From NCBI GenBank assembly GCA_045803515.1, contig JBJMOX010000341.1, positions 4,180 through 68,179 of the forward strand: a DNA stretch of 64,000 bases, written 5' to 3'. Origin of the DNA: Gemmatimonadales bacterium (lineage in GTDB: Bacteria; Gemmatimonadota; Gemmatimonadetes; Gemmatimonadales; GWC2-71-9). Shown piece after piece: positions 1 to 7,449 of this stretch. The stretch's first letter is position 1. Every line of letters starts with the position of its first letter. Position numbers and translations under genes: made by a program. The notes under the pieces were generated by a model. That model did no database searches. It saw only the letters and a list, made by a program, of their open reading frames with translations, and was not told where the DNA came from.

Positions 1-146
1 TTGGGTCCCGCCACGGCGAGGGCCTCGCCGGGCGCGAGCGTCAGGTCGATGCCGTGGAGGACCCGCACCCGCCCGAACGAGCGGCACAGGCCGCGTGCTT
101 CGAGCAGGGGAGCGGCTGGGTCGGCTGCCCCGTCACAGGAGGGCAT
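1..146 (-). CDS. ABC transporter ATP-binding protein, N-terminal fragment (continues beyond window start)
   Basis: Reverse-strand reading from ATG (146-144) gives MPSCDGAADPAAPLLEARGLCRSFGRVRVLHGIDLTLAPGEALAVAGP. This is the typical ABC ATPase N-terminus ending just before Walker A. It overlaps the receiver gene stop by 14 nt and is absent from the ORF track. Confidence 0.6.
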   Translation of the reverse strand, partial: MPSCDGAADPAAPLLEARGLCRSFGRVRVLHGIDLTLAPGEALAVAGP

Positions 147-501
147 CGATCCGCGCGCCGAGCTCGTCGAGGCGGAACGGTTTGACGATGTAGCCGGAAT
201 GGGGAAGATCGAGGACCTTGAGCTGGGGCTCGATGCTCATGTAGGCCGTGGTGATGATCACGGGCAACTTCGGCTGAACCATTCGGATTCTTCGAAGCAG
301 CTCGACGCCGTCGGTGTCCGGCAGCCGCATGTCGAGCACCGCCACATCCGGCTTGTGCTCATCCAGCAGGATCATGGCCTCCGCGCCGGTGGACGCGAAC
401 ACCAGATCGTACCTGGGCTGAAATGCCCGCTCGTAGCTGAGGCGGAGAGCGGGCTCATCCTCGACGATCAGGACGCGCCGGCGTCGCTGCGGCTGGGTCA
501 T
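133..501 (-). CDS. Stand-alone response regulator receiver (CheY-like)
   Basis: 122 aa. Contains VLIVEDEP, the phospho-acceptor context DVAVLDMRLPDTDG, and a conserved Lys in YIVKPF. No output domain. Confidence 0.85.
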   Translation of the reverse strand: MTQPQRRRRVLIVEDEPALRLSYERAFQPRYDLVFASTGAEAMILLDEHKPDVAVLDMRLPDTDGVELLRRIRMVQPKLPVIITTAYMSIEPQLKVLDLPHSGYIVKPFRLDELGARIDALL

Positions 502-596
502 ACGACATACCCCGCGGCCCTGCGGCGCCGCCGGAGAGGGAATAATTGGTCAAGCGCGTACACTAATCGGTTGCGGGGGGGGCGTCCATAGCACGG

Positions 597-623
597 CGGC
601 GCCGCGGCATAGCCGCGGCGCCG
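597..623 (-). terminator. Perfect GC hairpin between the STAS and receiver genes (intercistronic terminator or processing site candidate)
   Basis: GGCGCCGCGGC-ATA-GCCGCGGCGCC, 11-12 bp perfect stem with a 3-nt loop, immediately after the STAS stop. No U-tract follows. Confidence 0.35.
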
Positions 624-625
624 GT

Positions 626-943
626 TCACTCGTGCCCGAGCTCGAGGGTAAAGAGATCGTACAGCTTGGTGAGCACCAGGAGGAATCGGATCTCCTCGTT
701 GGGGTTCCGCAGGACCACGGCCTGGCGCCGCTCCGCGGCATGCCGCTGGATCAGCATCAGGGCGCCCAGTCCGGCCGAGTCGATCTGGCGCGTCCCGGTG
801 AGATCGATGACCAGTCGGCCACTGCCTTCCGGCATCTCCTCGAGCAGCTGAACCGCGCGCTGGCGAATCTCGATGCGCGATTCCAGCCCGAGATTCTCGG
901 GCGCGGCCAGGCCGCGTTCCAACTCCTGCGGGGACCTCATCAC
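626..943 (-). CDS. STAS-domain protein (anti-sigma-factor antagonist family)
   Basis: 105 aa. LVIDLTGTRQIDSAGLGALMLI matches the SpoIIAA/RsbV-type STAS core. AAGGAGGAG Shine-Dalgarno lies upstream of the ATG. Confidence 0.75.
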   Translation of the reverse strand: MMRSPQELERGLAAPENLGLESRIEIRQRAVQLLEEMPEGSGRLVIDLTGTRQIDSAGLGALMLIQRHAAERRQAVVLRNPNEEIRFLLVLTKLYDLFTLELGHE

Positions 944-1080
944 TCCTCCTTCGGCACCGAGCTATCTCACCATCCTCCGGTGAGACCTCTAGTTTTGCGG
1001 CCCCGGATCGCTCCGGGTGTGCTCTTATCGGGCGGATTGACGCCTCGCCGCAGGCCACTTCGCGGCTGCGCCCCTGAGAA

Positions 1081-1097
1081 AGGCGAGACTGGTGCCA
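1081..1097 (-). promoter_or_regulatory. Candidate sigma-54 (-24/-12) promoter upstream of the STAS-receiver-ABC genes
   Basis: Reverse strand reads TGGCACCAGTCTCGCCT. GG and GC are at canonical spacing but the -12 element is TCGC rather than TTGC. About 140 nt upstream of the STAS ATG. Confidence 0.3.
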
Positions 1098-1229
1098 GTA
1101 GACGCAAGCCATTGCTACCACATCGCTTGCGCCGGTAATCGGCCTCGGGGGTAGGCATGTCGCCGTCGTACTCTGCGAGATTCTACCGCAAAAGAACGAG
1201 GCTGGTAAGAGGAAGCCGGGAGGAGCGCC

Positions 1230-3260
1230 CTAGAACTGGATCTGCGCGCCCAGCTCCACCACCCGGTTGGGAGGCAGCCCGAAGAAGGCCGTGGCCGAGC
1301 GCGCGTTGCGGGTCATGAGGATGAAGAGCTTCTTCCGCCAGGAGGCCATCCGGGGCATTGTGGGAATCGCCCCGTCGGGCGGTGGGGGGCCCCGCCGCTT
1401 GGACGCGCTGGTGGCGATCAGCGTTTCGCGTCCCAGGTAGAAGGTGGTTTCCATCAGCTTCATCCCCACCGGGCGACGATTGCCGTCCGAGCGCCCGAGC
1501 GCCTGAAGCACGGCGGGCACATCGGGGGTTTCCATGAACCCGTAGTGCGCCACCACCTGATAAAACCCCTGGTCCAGCTCGCGACACTCCACCCGGTCAG
1601 TCGGGGGGACATGGGGAATCCCTTCGGTGGCAATCGACATCAGCACCACCTTCTCGTGCAGCACCTTATTGTGCTTGAGGTGATGCAGCAGGACCGGCGG
1701 CGCGCCGCTGGCATCGGAGGTGAGGAAGACCGCGGCCCCGGGCACCCGGTGCGGCTTCCACCGTCCCACGTCGGCCAGGAAGAGATCCATGGGAATGGTG
1801 TTCTCCCGCACGATCTCGAGCAGCCGCTGGCGCCCTCGTTTCCAGGTCGTCATCAGCACGCCGACGAAGGCGGCGACCGCCAGGGGAACCCAGCCGCCCT
1901 GCTCGATCTTGAGCGCATTGGCCCCCAGGAACGCGAAATCGAAGCTGAAGAAAAAGCCCGCGAGCGCCACCACCCGCCAGAGGGGCCAGTGCCAGCGTGC
2001 CCGGGCGATCACCGCGAAGAGCAGCGTGGTGATGGACATCGTGCCGGTGACCGCGATCCCGTATGCCGCGCCGAGCGCGGTGGTGGACTGAAAGCCGAAG
2101 ACGATCAGTAGCGTACCGATCATCAAGGCGCGGTTGATCTCGGGGACGTAGATCTGTCCCGCCTCCCGGGCCGAGGTGTGAACGATGGTCATCCGGGGGC
2201 TGTATCCCAGCTGCACCGACTGCCGCGCCAGGGAGAAGGCCCCGGAGATGAGCGCCTGGGAGGCCACGATGGCCGCCAGGGTCGAGATGACCAGCAGCGG
2301 GTAGAGCAGCGACCGCGGGGCGAGCAGATAGAACGGATTGACGATCGCCGCCGGGTCGCGCAGCACCAGCGCTCCCTGTCCGAAGTAGTTGAGCAACAGG
2401 CAGGGCAGCACCAGGGCGAAGAAGGCCAGCCGGATCGGGCGGGTCCCGAAATGTCCGATGTCCGCGTACAGCGCCTCGGCCCCGGTCACGGCCAGGAACA
2501 CGGCCCCCAACACCGCGAAGCCGGTGAATCCATGGATCAGGAAGAAGTGAACGGCGTAGGCCGGGTTGACCGCGGCCAGGATCTCGGGCGCCCGGACGAT
2601 CTCGATCCCGCCCAGCGTGCCGATCGTGAGGAACCACAGGAGGGTAATCGGACCGAACGTCCCGCCCACCCGCGCCGTTCCCAGCTTCTGGAACATGAAC
2701 AGCAGGAAGAGAATGCCCACCGTCGCCACGACGATGAAGTGTGCCAGCTCGGGCGCGGCCACCTGCAATCCTTCCATCGCGCCCAGAACGGACATGGCCG
2801 GCGTGATCACGCCGTCGCCGAACAGGAGGGCCGTGCCGAACACCCCCAGCAGGATGAGCAGCCGCCGCCGGCGTCCTCCGATCCGGTCCTCGCCGCCTTG
2901 CATGAGCAGGGCGAGCATGGCCAGGACGCCACCCTCTCCGCGATTGTCCGCGCGGAGAATGAAGACCAGATATTTGATCGCCACCACCAGGATGATCGAC
3001 CAGAAGATGAGCGAGAGAATGCCGTAGACGTTGACGGGGTTGGGAACCAGACCGTACTCCGGTCCGAAGCAGAGGCCGATGGTGTACAGCGGACTGGTGC
3101 CGATGTCGCCGTAGACCACGCCCAGCGCCGTGAGCGAGAGCACGGCGAGACGCTTCCCGGTCGGGGGCCGGGTCTCCGGATGTTGAAAGCGGCGTGCGGT
3201 TGGTGCCATGGCCGCTCCGGCGAGAGCGGCCGCGGACGATCGATCAGGATCGGCGGCCAT
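1230..3260 (-). CDS. kup: KUP/HAK/KT-family potassium uptake protein
   Basis: 676-aa ORF. N-terminal LTALGVVYGDIGTSPLY signature, polytopic hydrophobic core and a soluble C-terminal domain. The true start may be the internal Met at about 3209. Confidence 0.9.
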   Translation of the reverse strand: MAADPDRSSAAALAGAAMAPTARRFQHPETRPPTGKRLAVLSLTALGVVYGDIGTSPLYTIGLCFGPEYGLVPNPVNVYGILSLIFWSIILVVAIKYLVFILRADNRGEGGVLAMLALLMQGGEDRIGGRRRRLLILLGVFGTALLFGDGVITPAMSVLGAMEGLQVAAPELAHFIVVATVGILFLLFMFQKLGTARVGGTFGPITLLWFLTIGTLGGIEIVRAPEILAAVNPAYAVHFFLIHGFTGFAVLGAVFLAVTGAEALYADIGHFGTRPIRLAFFALVLPCLLLNYFGQGALVLRDPAAIVNPFYLLAPRSLLYPLLVISTLAAIVASQALISGAFSLARQSVQLGYSPRMTIVHTSAREAGQIYVPEINRALMIGTLLIVFGFQSTTALGAAYGIAVTGTMSITTLLFAVIARARWHWPLWRVVALAGFFFSFDFAFLGANALKIEQGGWVPLAVAAFVGVLMTTWKRGRQRLLEIVRENTIPMDLFLADVGRWKPHRVPGAAVFLTSDASGAPPVLLHHLKHNKVLHEKVVLMSIATEGIPHVPPTDRVECRELDQGFYQVVAHYGFMETPDVPAVLQALGRSDGNRRPVGMKLMETTFYLGRETLIATSASKRRGPPPPDGAIPTMPRMASWRKKLFILMTRNARSATAFFGLPPNRVVELGAQIQF

Positions 3261-3322
3261 GCAGCGCTTTCACGAATGCGGTCGCCATCATCGGCTGCCC
3301 TGCGGGCGGCTTCCCGGCAGGA

Positions 3323-3985
3323 TCATCGGGTGGCGTGGGGTGCCAGCGAGTCGACCAGCCGGGTGATCGCGTCGGAATCGAACCGGCCCTGGTAGAGCCG
3401 GCCTCCCACCAGCAGTGTCGGCGTGGAGCTCACGCCCAGGCGGACGCCCTCCTCGTAGCTCGCCTGGATCCGGCCCGCGTATTTCCCGGCCGCCATGCAC
3501 CCGTCGTAGCGGGTCAGGTCGAGGCCGTTCTCCTTGGCATAGCGTCGGAAGATCCCGGCCGCATCGCGCGCGCTGGCCCATTCCGCCTGACCCTCGTAGA
3601 TCCGCTGATGCTGCGTCCAGTACTTCCCCTGCTCGTCCGCGCAGGCGGCCGAATGGGCCGCCACCCGGGAAAAGCTATGCTGCTGCAGGGGGAAGTCCCG
3701 GTAGCGCCAGCGGAGCCGGCCGGTGTCGATCAGCCGCTGCTCGATGGTGGGCATCTGCAGGGTGGCGAAGGTCTGGCAGAAGGGGCATTGATAGTCCGCG
3801 AACTCGGTGATCTCCACCGGTGCGCTCTCCGAGCCCTTGACGTAGCCGTGGAAGCCCGCGGTGTCGGACGCCTGCACCGTGACATTCGCCGGGATGCTCA
3901 CCGTCGCGGGCTTCGCCAGCAGATAGCCCAGCACCCCGAGGCCCAGCACCGCCACGCCGGCGAGGATGGCGTAGAACCGATTCAT
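3323..3985 (-). CDS. DsbA-family thiol:disulfide oxidoreductase, membrane anchored
   Basis: CPFC active-site motif in a thioredoxin-like context (EFADYQCPFCQ) with an N-terminal TM helix. ATG at 3985 forms an ATGA overlap with the upstream ORF stop. An alternative start lies at 4006. Confidence 0.8.
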   Translation of the reverse strand: MNRFYAILAGVAVLGLGVLGYLLAKPATVSIPANVTVQASDTAGFHGYVKGSESAPVEITEFADYQCPFCQTFATLQMPTIEQRLIDTGRLRWRYRDFPLQQHSFSRVAAHSAACADEQGKYWTQHQRIYEGQAEWASARDAAGIFRRYAKENGLDLTRYDGCMAAGKYAGRIQASYEEGVRLGVSSTPTLLVGGRLYQGRFDSDAITRLVDSLAPHATR

Positions 3986-4287
3986 TCCGACGGGCGTCGC
4001 CGCCATGGCTCGTCATCCTCCGGGTCGTCTGGGAAGAGCGGGTCCTGCCGCTGAGCGTCCTCCACGATGCGCCGGCTCTCGGCGACATCGGGGGTATCGT
4101 AGGTGACCCGCACCTCGTAGTGGAACAGCTCGCTCCGCGCGTCGCCCATGAGCCGCAGCAGCTCAGGCCCTCCACGCAGCAGCTGGCCGGCGCGGTCGAG
4201 CTCCTGGATCCGCGCCGCCAGGGCGCGCAACAACGCGGAGAGGCGATCCGCCCTCGCGTCGTCGTACACCTCGTCATGCTCTGCCAT
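3982..4287 (-). CDS. Hypothetical acidic protein
   Basis: The ORF extends to 4356, but GAGG lies 5 nt upstream of the Met at 4287 (MAEHDEVYDD). Translationally coupled to the DsbA-like gene. No motif recognised. Confidence 0.45.
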   Translation of the reverse strand: MAEHDEVYDDARADRLSALLRALAARIQELDRAGQLLRGGPELLRLMGDARSELFHYEVRVTYDTPDVAESRRIVEDAQRQDPLFPDDPEDDEPWRRRPSE

Positions 4288-4470
4288 GGCTACCTCGAGG
4301 ACGGTCGCGCCGCCCCCGGTCAAGTTCATGTGTTTGCTGCCGATAAACATAATCAATGGCCCGCGTCCCAGGGAAAACGGCGGGTTTGCACCAAATGGTG
4401 CAACCGACTATACTTGAGCGTCGGAGTCCCGGGCATCCGCCCGGTGTATGGTACCCGAAAAGGAAGCTGA

Positions 4471-4737
4471 ATGAATAAGAAGAAAATCCGGCAAGACCCT
4501 GATGCGGTGTCCTTCGCGCAGGCCCGAGACGAGTTGTTCAGCCATGTCCTCCGCTGCGGCGTCATAGACGCGCTCCCGGAGCACCAGAAGGACTGGTTCG
4601 ACGACACGATGCTGTACCTGGCAGACCGGTATGAGAACCTGACGGAGGAGGAGCTGAGCCGGTTGCGCGTGCTCGGTGAGCGCTTCTGCCAGCCGGTCCA
4701 GCGGAAGGTCGAAACGGTCGAGACCGGCGCCGCATAA
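4471..4737 (+). CDS. Hypothetical protein (88 aa)
   Basis: Intact ORF preceded by an AT-rich divergent promoter region and followed by a strong terminator. No motif recognised. Confidence 0.5.
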   Translation: MNKKKIRQDPDAVSFAQARDELFSHVLRCGVIDALPEHQKDWFDDTMLYLADRYENLTEEELSRLRVLGERFCQPVQRKVETVETGAA

Positions 4738-4756
4738 GTCATCCGGATGAAATCAT

Positions 4757-4785
4757 CGCCCCGAGGCACCAAGTGCCTCGGGGCG
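4757..4785. terminator. Bidirectional intrinsic terminator between convergent genes
   Basis: CGCCCCGAGGCAC-CAA-GTGCCTCGGGGCG, 13-bp perfect stem, followed by TTTGTCATT on the plus strand. Confidence 0.8.
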
Positions 4786-4789
4786 TTTG

Positions 4790-5230
4790 TCATTCCAGGC
4801 CCGCTGCTCCCGCGGGACGCTTCCGCCAGCGGTATCCCGCGGCCAGGCGTACCCCGCCGCCGATTCCCCCCTCCAGAAACCATCCGGAGCGACTCCCTGG
4901 ACCCGCCTCCAGCCCGAGCGTGAGGACCAGATATCCTTCATCCGCCGGACCTCCCACCACCGCGAGGCCGCCCGCCCCGTACAGCGCCGCGCCCCGCTGC
5001 CGGTCGGGATTGAGGAGAAAATGCGCCAGGAGCTCGCCCCGCCACGCGAGGTCGCCCCCGCTGGCGCCGGCACCGGCCGCGACCGAGACGCGGGTCCGAA
5101 GCGAGGTGCGCAAAGCCGCGTAAGCTCCGCCGATCACCAGCGCGGGGTCGGAGGCGGTCGTGGTGGCCTGGAGCCCGATCTCACGCACCTGCTGAGCAGC
5201 CAGCGGCTGGGCGACGAGCAGCAGCGCCAT
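4790..5230 (-). CDS. Secreted Gly/Ala-rich protein (possible small outer-membrane beta-barrel)
   Basis: Start chosen at MALLLVAQPLAAQQ (signal-peptide-like). Alternating Gly/Ala/aromatic segments. The upstream part of the 212-aa ORF overlaps the OsmC gene region. Confidence 0.5.
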   Translation of the reverse strand: MALLLVAQPLAAQQVREIGLQATTTASDPALVIGGAYAALRTSLRTRVSVAAGAGASGGDLAWRGELLAHFLLNPDRQRGAALYGAGGLAVVGGPADEGYLVLTLGLEAGPGSRSGWFLEGGIGGGVRLAAGYRWRKRPAGAAGLE

Positions 5231-5240
5231 CGCCCAGCCG

Positions 5241-5651
5241 TCAGCCCAGGGTGAGCCCACGGGTGATCCGGATGTCGGGCGCGAGCGAATGCAGGACCGA
5301 ACAGTACTTCTCGATGGAGAGATCGATCGCGCGGAGGGCTTTGGGCTCATCCAGCCCCTCGCCCGCGAGGTGATACTGCAGGTGAATCGCGGTGTAGCGC
5401 CGCGGCTCTTCCTCCCGCCGCTCGCCACTCGCTTCCAGTCGGAACTCCGTGGGGCGCACCCGCATCTTTCCCAGGATGAGCACCACGTCCGCGCCGGTGC
5501 AGGCGGCGGCCGCGAGCAGGAGCGTCAGCATCGGGCCCGGAGCGACGGCGTTGTCGCCGTCGACGGTGGCCTCGGGTCCGCCCGGCTCGCCGCCGCGGAA
5601 CACCAGCCCCTCCTGCCAGCGGAGACTCACGCGTTTGGTCTCGGCCGTCAC
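5241..5651 (-). CDS. OsmC/Ohr-family peroxiredoxin-like protein
   Basis: The C-terminal 136 aa of the 304-aa ORF has an OsmC-like layout with two Cys (AAACTGADV and KYCSV). The GTG start forms a GTGA overlap with the upstream gene stop. Confidence 0.7.
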   Translation of the reverse strand: MTAETKRVSLRWQEGLVFRGGEPGGPEATVDGDNAVAPGPMLTLLLAAAACTGADVVLILGKMRVRPTEFRLEASGERREEEPRRYTAIHLQYHLAGEGLDEPKALRAIDLSIEKYCSVLHSLAPDIRITRGLTLG

Positions 5652-6214
5652 CGGCTCCCAACCGACTGCCCGGCGGTGCCCGCCGCGCGGTAGTAATCCC
5701 AAATCGCGTAGAGTGCCACCGCGGTCGTGGCCCAGGCGAGCTCTCTCAGGTGCGGCGAGTCCGCCAGGAACGCCACCAGCGTGAGCACCTGAGCCACCGT
5801 CACGGCCTTGCCGCCGGCTCGGGCGGGGATCGCTCTGGGACGCTTGGACACCAGGGTGACCACGAACGCGATGCTGGCCACGATGTCCCGCAGCAGCACG
5901 CCGACGATCTCGTAGGGCTCCAGCCGCCCGCTCAGCGCCACGACCCCGAACGCCGATGCCATGAACAGCTTGTCGGCCACCGGATCGATCACCGCCCCGA
6001 AGCGGGAGCTGCCGAACCGGCGGGCCAGTTGCCCATCCAGCAGATCGGTGGCCGCCGCCGTTGCCAGCACCACGAAGCGCCAGCTGTTGGACACCAGCGG
6101 GAACGCCACCGCCAGCGGAATCCGGACCATGGTCAGCAGATCGGCGATCGTCCAATCGCGTCGGTCTTGCTCCCCCCTCTGGCGCGGACTAGCTTCGGAC
6201 GGCATGGCGTGCAA
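5648..6214 (-). CDS. CDP-alcohol phosphatidyltransferase family protein
   Basis: DLLDGQLARRFGSSRFGAVIDPVADK matches D-G-x2-A-R-x8-G-x3-D-x3-D. Multiple TM segments. Confidence 0.85.
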   Translation of the reverse strand: MHAMPSEASPRQRGEQDRRDWTIADLLTMVRIPLAVAFPLVSNSWRFVVLATAAATDLLDGQLARRFGSSRFGAVIDPVADKLFMASAFGVVALSGRLEPYEIVGVLLRDIVASIAFVVTLVSKRPRAIPARAGGKAVTVAQVLTLVAFLADSPHLRELAWATTAVALYAIWDYYRAAGTAGQSVGSR

Positions 6215-6261
6215 GATACTCTGGTCCGTGGTGCGCCCTCCTCTCCCCGCCCCGCCACCCG

Positions 6262-7032
6262 ATGCTCGACACTGCGGTCATTCCCTGCGGCGGACGCGGC
6301 ACCCGGCTGCTGCCGATCACCCGGTGGTTCCCCAAGGAGCTGCTTCCGGTCGGGCTCAAGCCGATCCTCTACTGGGCCCTTGATGAAGCCGCCGACGCGG
6401 GACTGCTCCGCGCCGTCGTCGTGACCAATCCGCACAAGCCCATGCTCGAGGCCGCCGCGCGGAACTATCCCGGGCCGCTGGAGCTCGAGTTCGTACCGCA
6501 GGACCACCCCCGCGGGCTGGGCGACGCCTTGCTCCGCGTCCGTGACCACCTGGCCGGCTCGCCCTTCCTGGCCCTCCTGCCCGATAATCTCTTCAGCGGG
6601 GGGAACCCCAGCGCGCAGGTCGCGGAGGCCTATCGCGCGTCCGGCCTCGCCACCGTGCTCCTCGCCCAGATTCCGCGGGAGGCCGCCGCAACCAAGGGCG
6701 CCACCGGCCGGGCGGCGATTCGGCAGGCCGATGATGGTTCGTTGCGAGTGATCGAGATCGCCGACAAGAGCACCGGCCGCTTCGACACGGCGGGGCTCGA
6801 GGCGGCCGTCACTCCGATCGGCCGGATGGCGCTGCCGGCGGCAGTCTTCGAGGAGCTCGAAGAGCTCGGCCGCCAGCTGGAATCCGGCGCCGAGCTCGAC
6901 GACGTGCCGCTGCTCCAGCGGCTCGCCCGAAGGAACGCGCTGGCCGGCGTGATCAGCCCCGCGCGGTTCTTCGACGTGGGAGTGCCCGAAGGGTACCGGG
7001 AGGCGGTGGCCACCTTTCCCCCTAGCGCCTGA
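6262..7032 (+). CDS. Sugar-1-phosphate nucleotidyltransferase (GalU/UTP-glucose-1-P uridylyltransferase-like)
   Basis: N-terminal AVIPCGGRGTRLLPITRWFPKELLPV matches the G-x-G-T-R-x-LP nucleotide-binding signature. Confidence 0.75.
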   Translation: MLDTAVIPCGGRGTRLLPITRWFPKELLPVGLKPILYWALDEAADAGLLRAVVVTNPHKPMLEAAARNYPGPLELEFVPQDHPRGLGDALLRVRDHLAGSPFLALLPDNLFSGGNPSAQVAEAYRASGLATVLLAQIPREAAATKGATGRAAIRQADDGSLRVIEIADKSTGRFDTAGLEAAVTPIGRMALPAAVFEELEELGRQLESGAELDDVPLLQRLARRNALAGVISPARFFDVGVPEGYREAVATFPPSA

Positions 7033-7048
7033 CCGCCGAGACTCCCGC

Positions 7049-7369
7049 GTGCAGCCCGCCTTTAATCACCGCCTCCTCGAGCTCACCTCGCTTCCCGGCG
7101 CCCGCCTGGCCGACGCCCACGGCCTCTCGGCGATGGTCGTGGCGGCCGCGGGCGCGGTCGGGATGCCGACGCTGGGGCCGCCGGTGGTGCGGGACGGTCC
7201 CGCCGGGATCGTGATCGCGATGCTCTGCCGCGAGGGCCACATCGTGCTCCACACCGCGCCCGCGGAGGGACTCTGCGTGGTGGACATCGTGGCCCGCGCC
7301 CCGGCCGACGTGCGGAAGGGCGTGGAGGTGATCACGCGGCGCCTGGGCGTGCCGGCGGAGCCGGGCTAG
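7049..7369 (+). CDS. S-adenosylmethionine decarboxylase-like (SpeH/SpeD-fold) protein, apparently non-processing
   Basis: GIVIAMLCREGHIVLHTAPAEGLCVVDIV aligns by eye with the class-1 AdoMetDC core ([25 protein letters not shown]). It has Gly where the self-cleaving Ser is expected. Confidence 0.45.
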   Translation: MQPAFNHRLLELTSLPGARLADAHGLSAMVVAAAGAVGMPTLGPPVVRDGPAGIVIAMLCREGHIVLHTAPAEGLCVVDIVARAPADVRKGVEVITRRLGVPAEPG

Positions 7370-7449
7370 TGCGGGATTCACCGCAAAGGCGCATTGGCAT
7401 GGCAGCAGAGATCGGTTCCAGGGCCATGGGGTGAGCATGGCGCCTGCCG

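Noticed and set aside
1-591. 196-aa plus-strand ORF at the window start
   Set aside because: It is antisense to a well-supported receiver gene and an ABC ATPase N-terminus, and its composition is shadow-like.
944-1229. A possible housekeeping ncRNA (RNase P, SRP, tmRNA or 6S) in the 286-nt kup-STAS spacer
   Set aside because: No conserved cores (GAGGAAAGTCC, the SRP GGAA/AGCA domain, tRNA-like T-arm) were found on either strand. Only a 7-bp hairpin (TCTCACC-N7-GGTGAGA) is present.
3261-3322. c-di-AMP (ydaO-type) riboswitch upstream of kup
   Set aside because: The spacer is about 60 nt, far shorter than that riboswitch, and no conserved ACGGGG/CCCG-type pseudo-symmetric motifs were seen.
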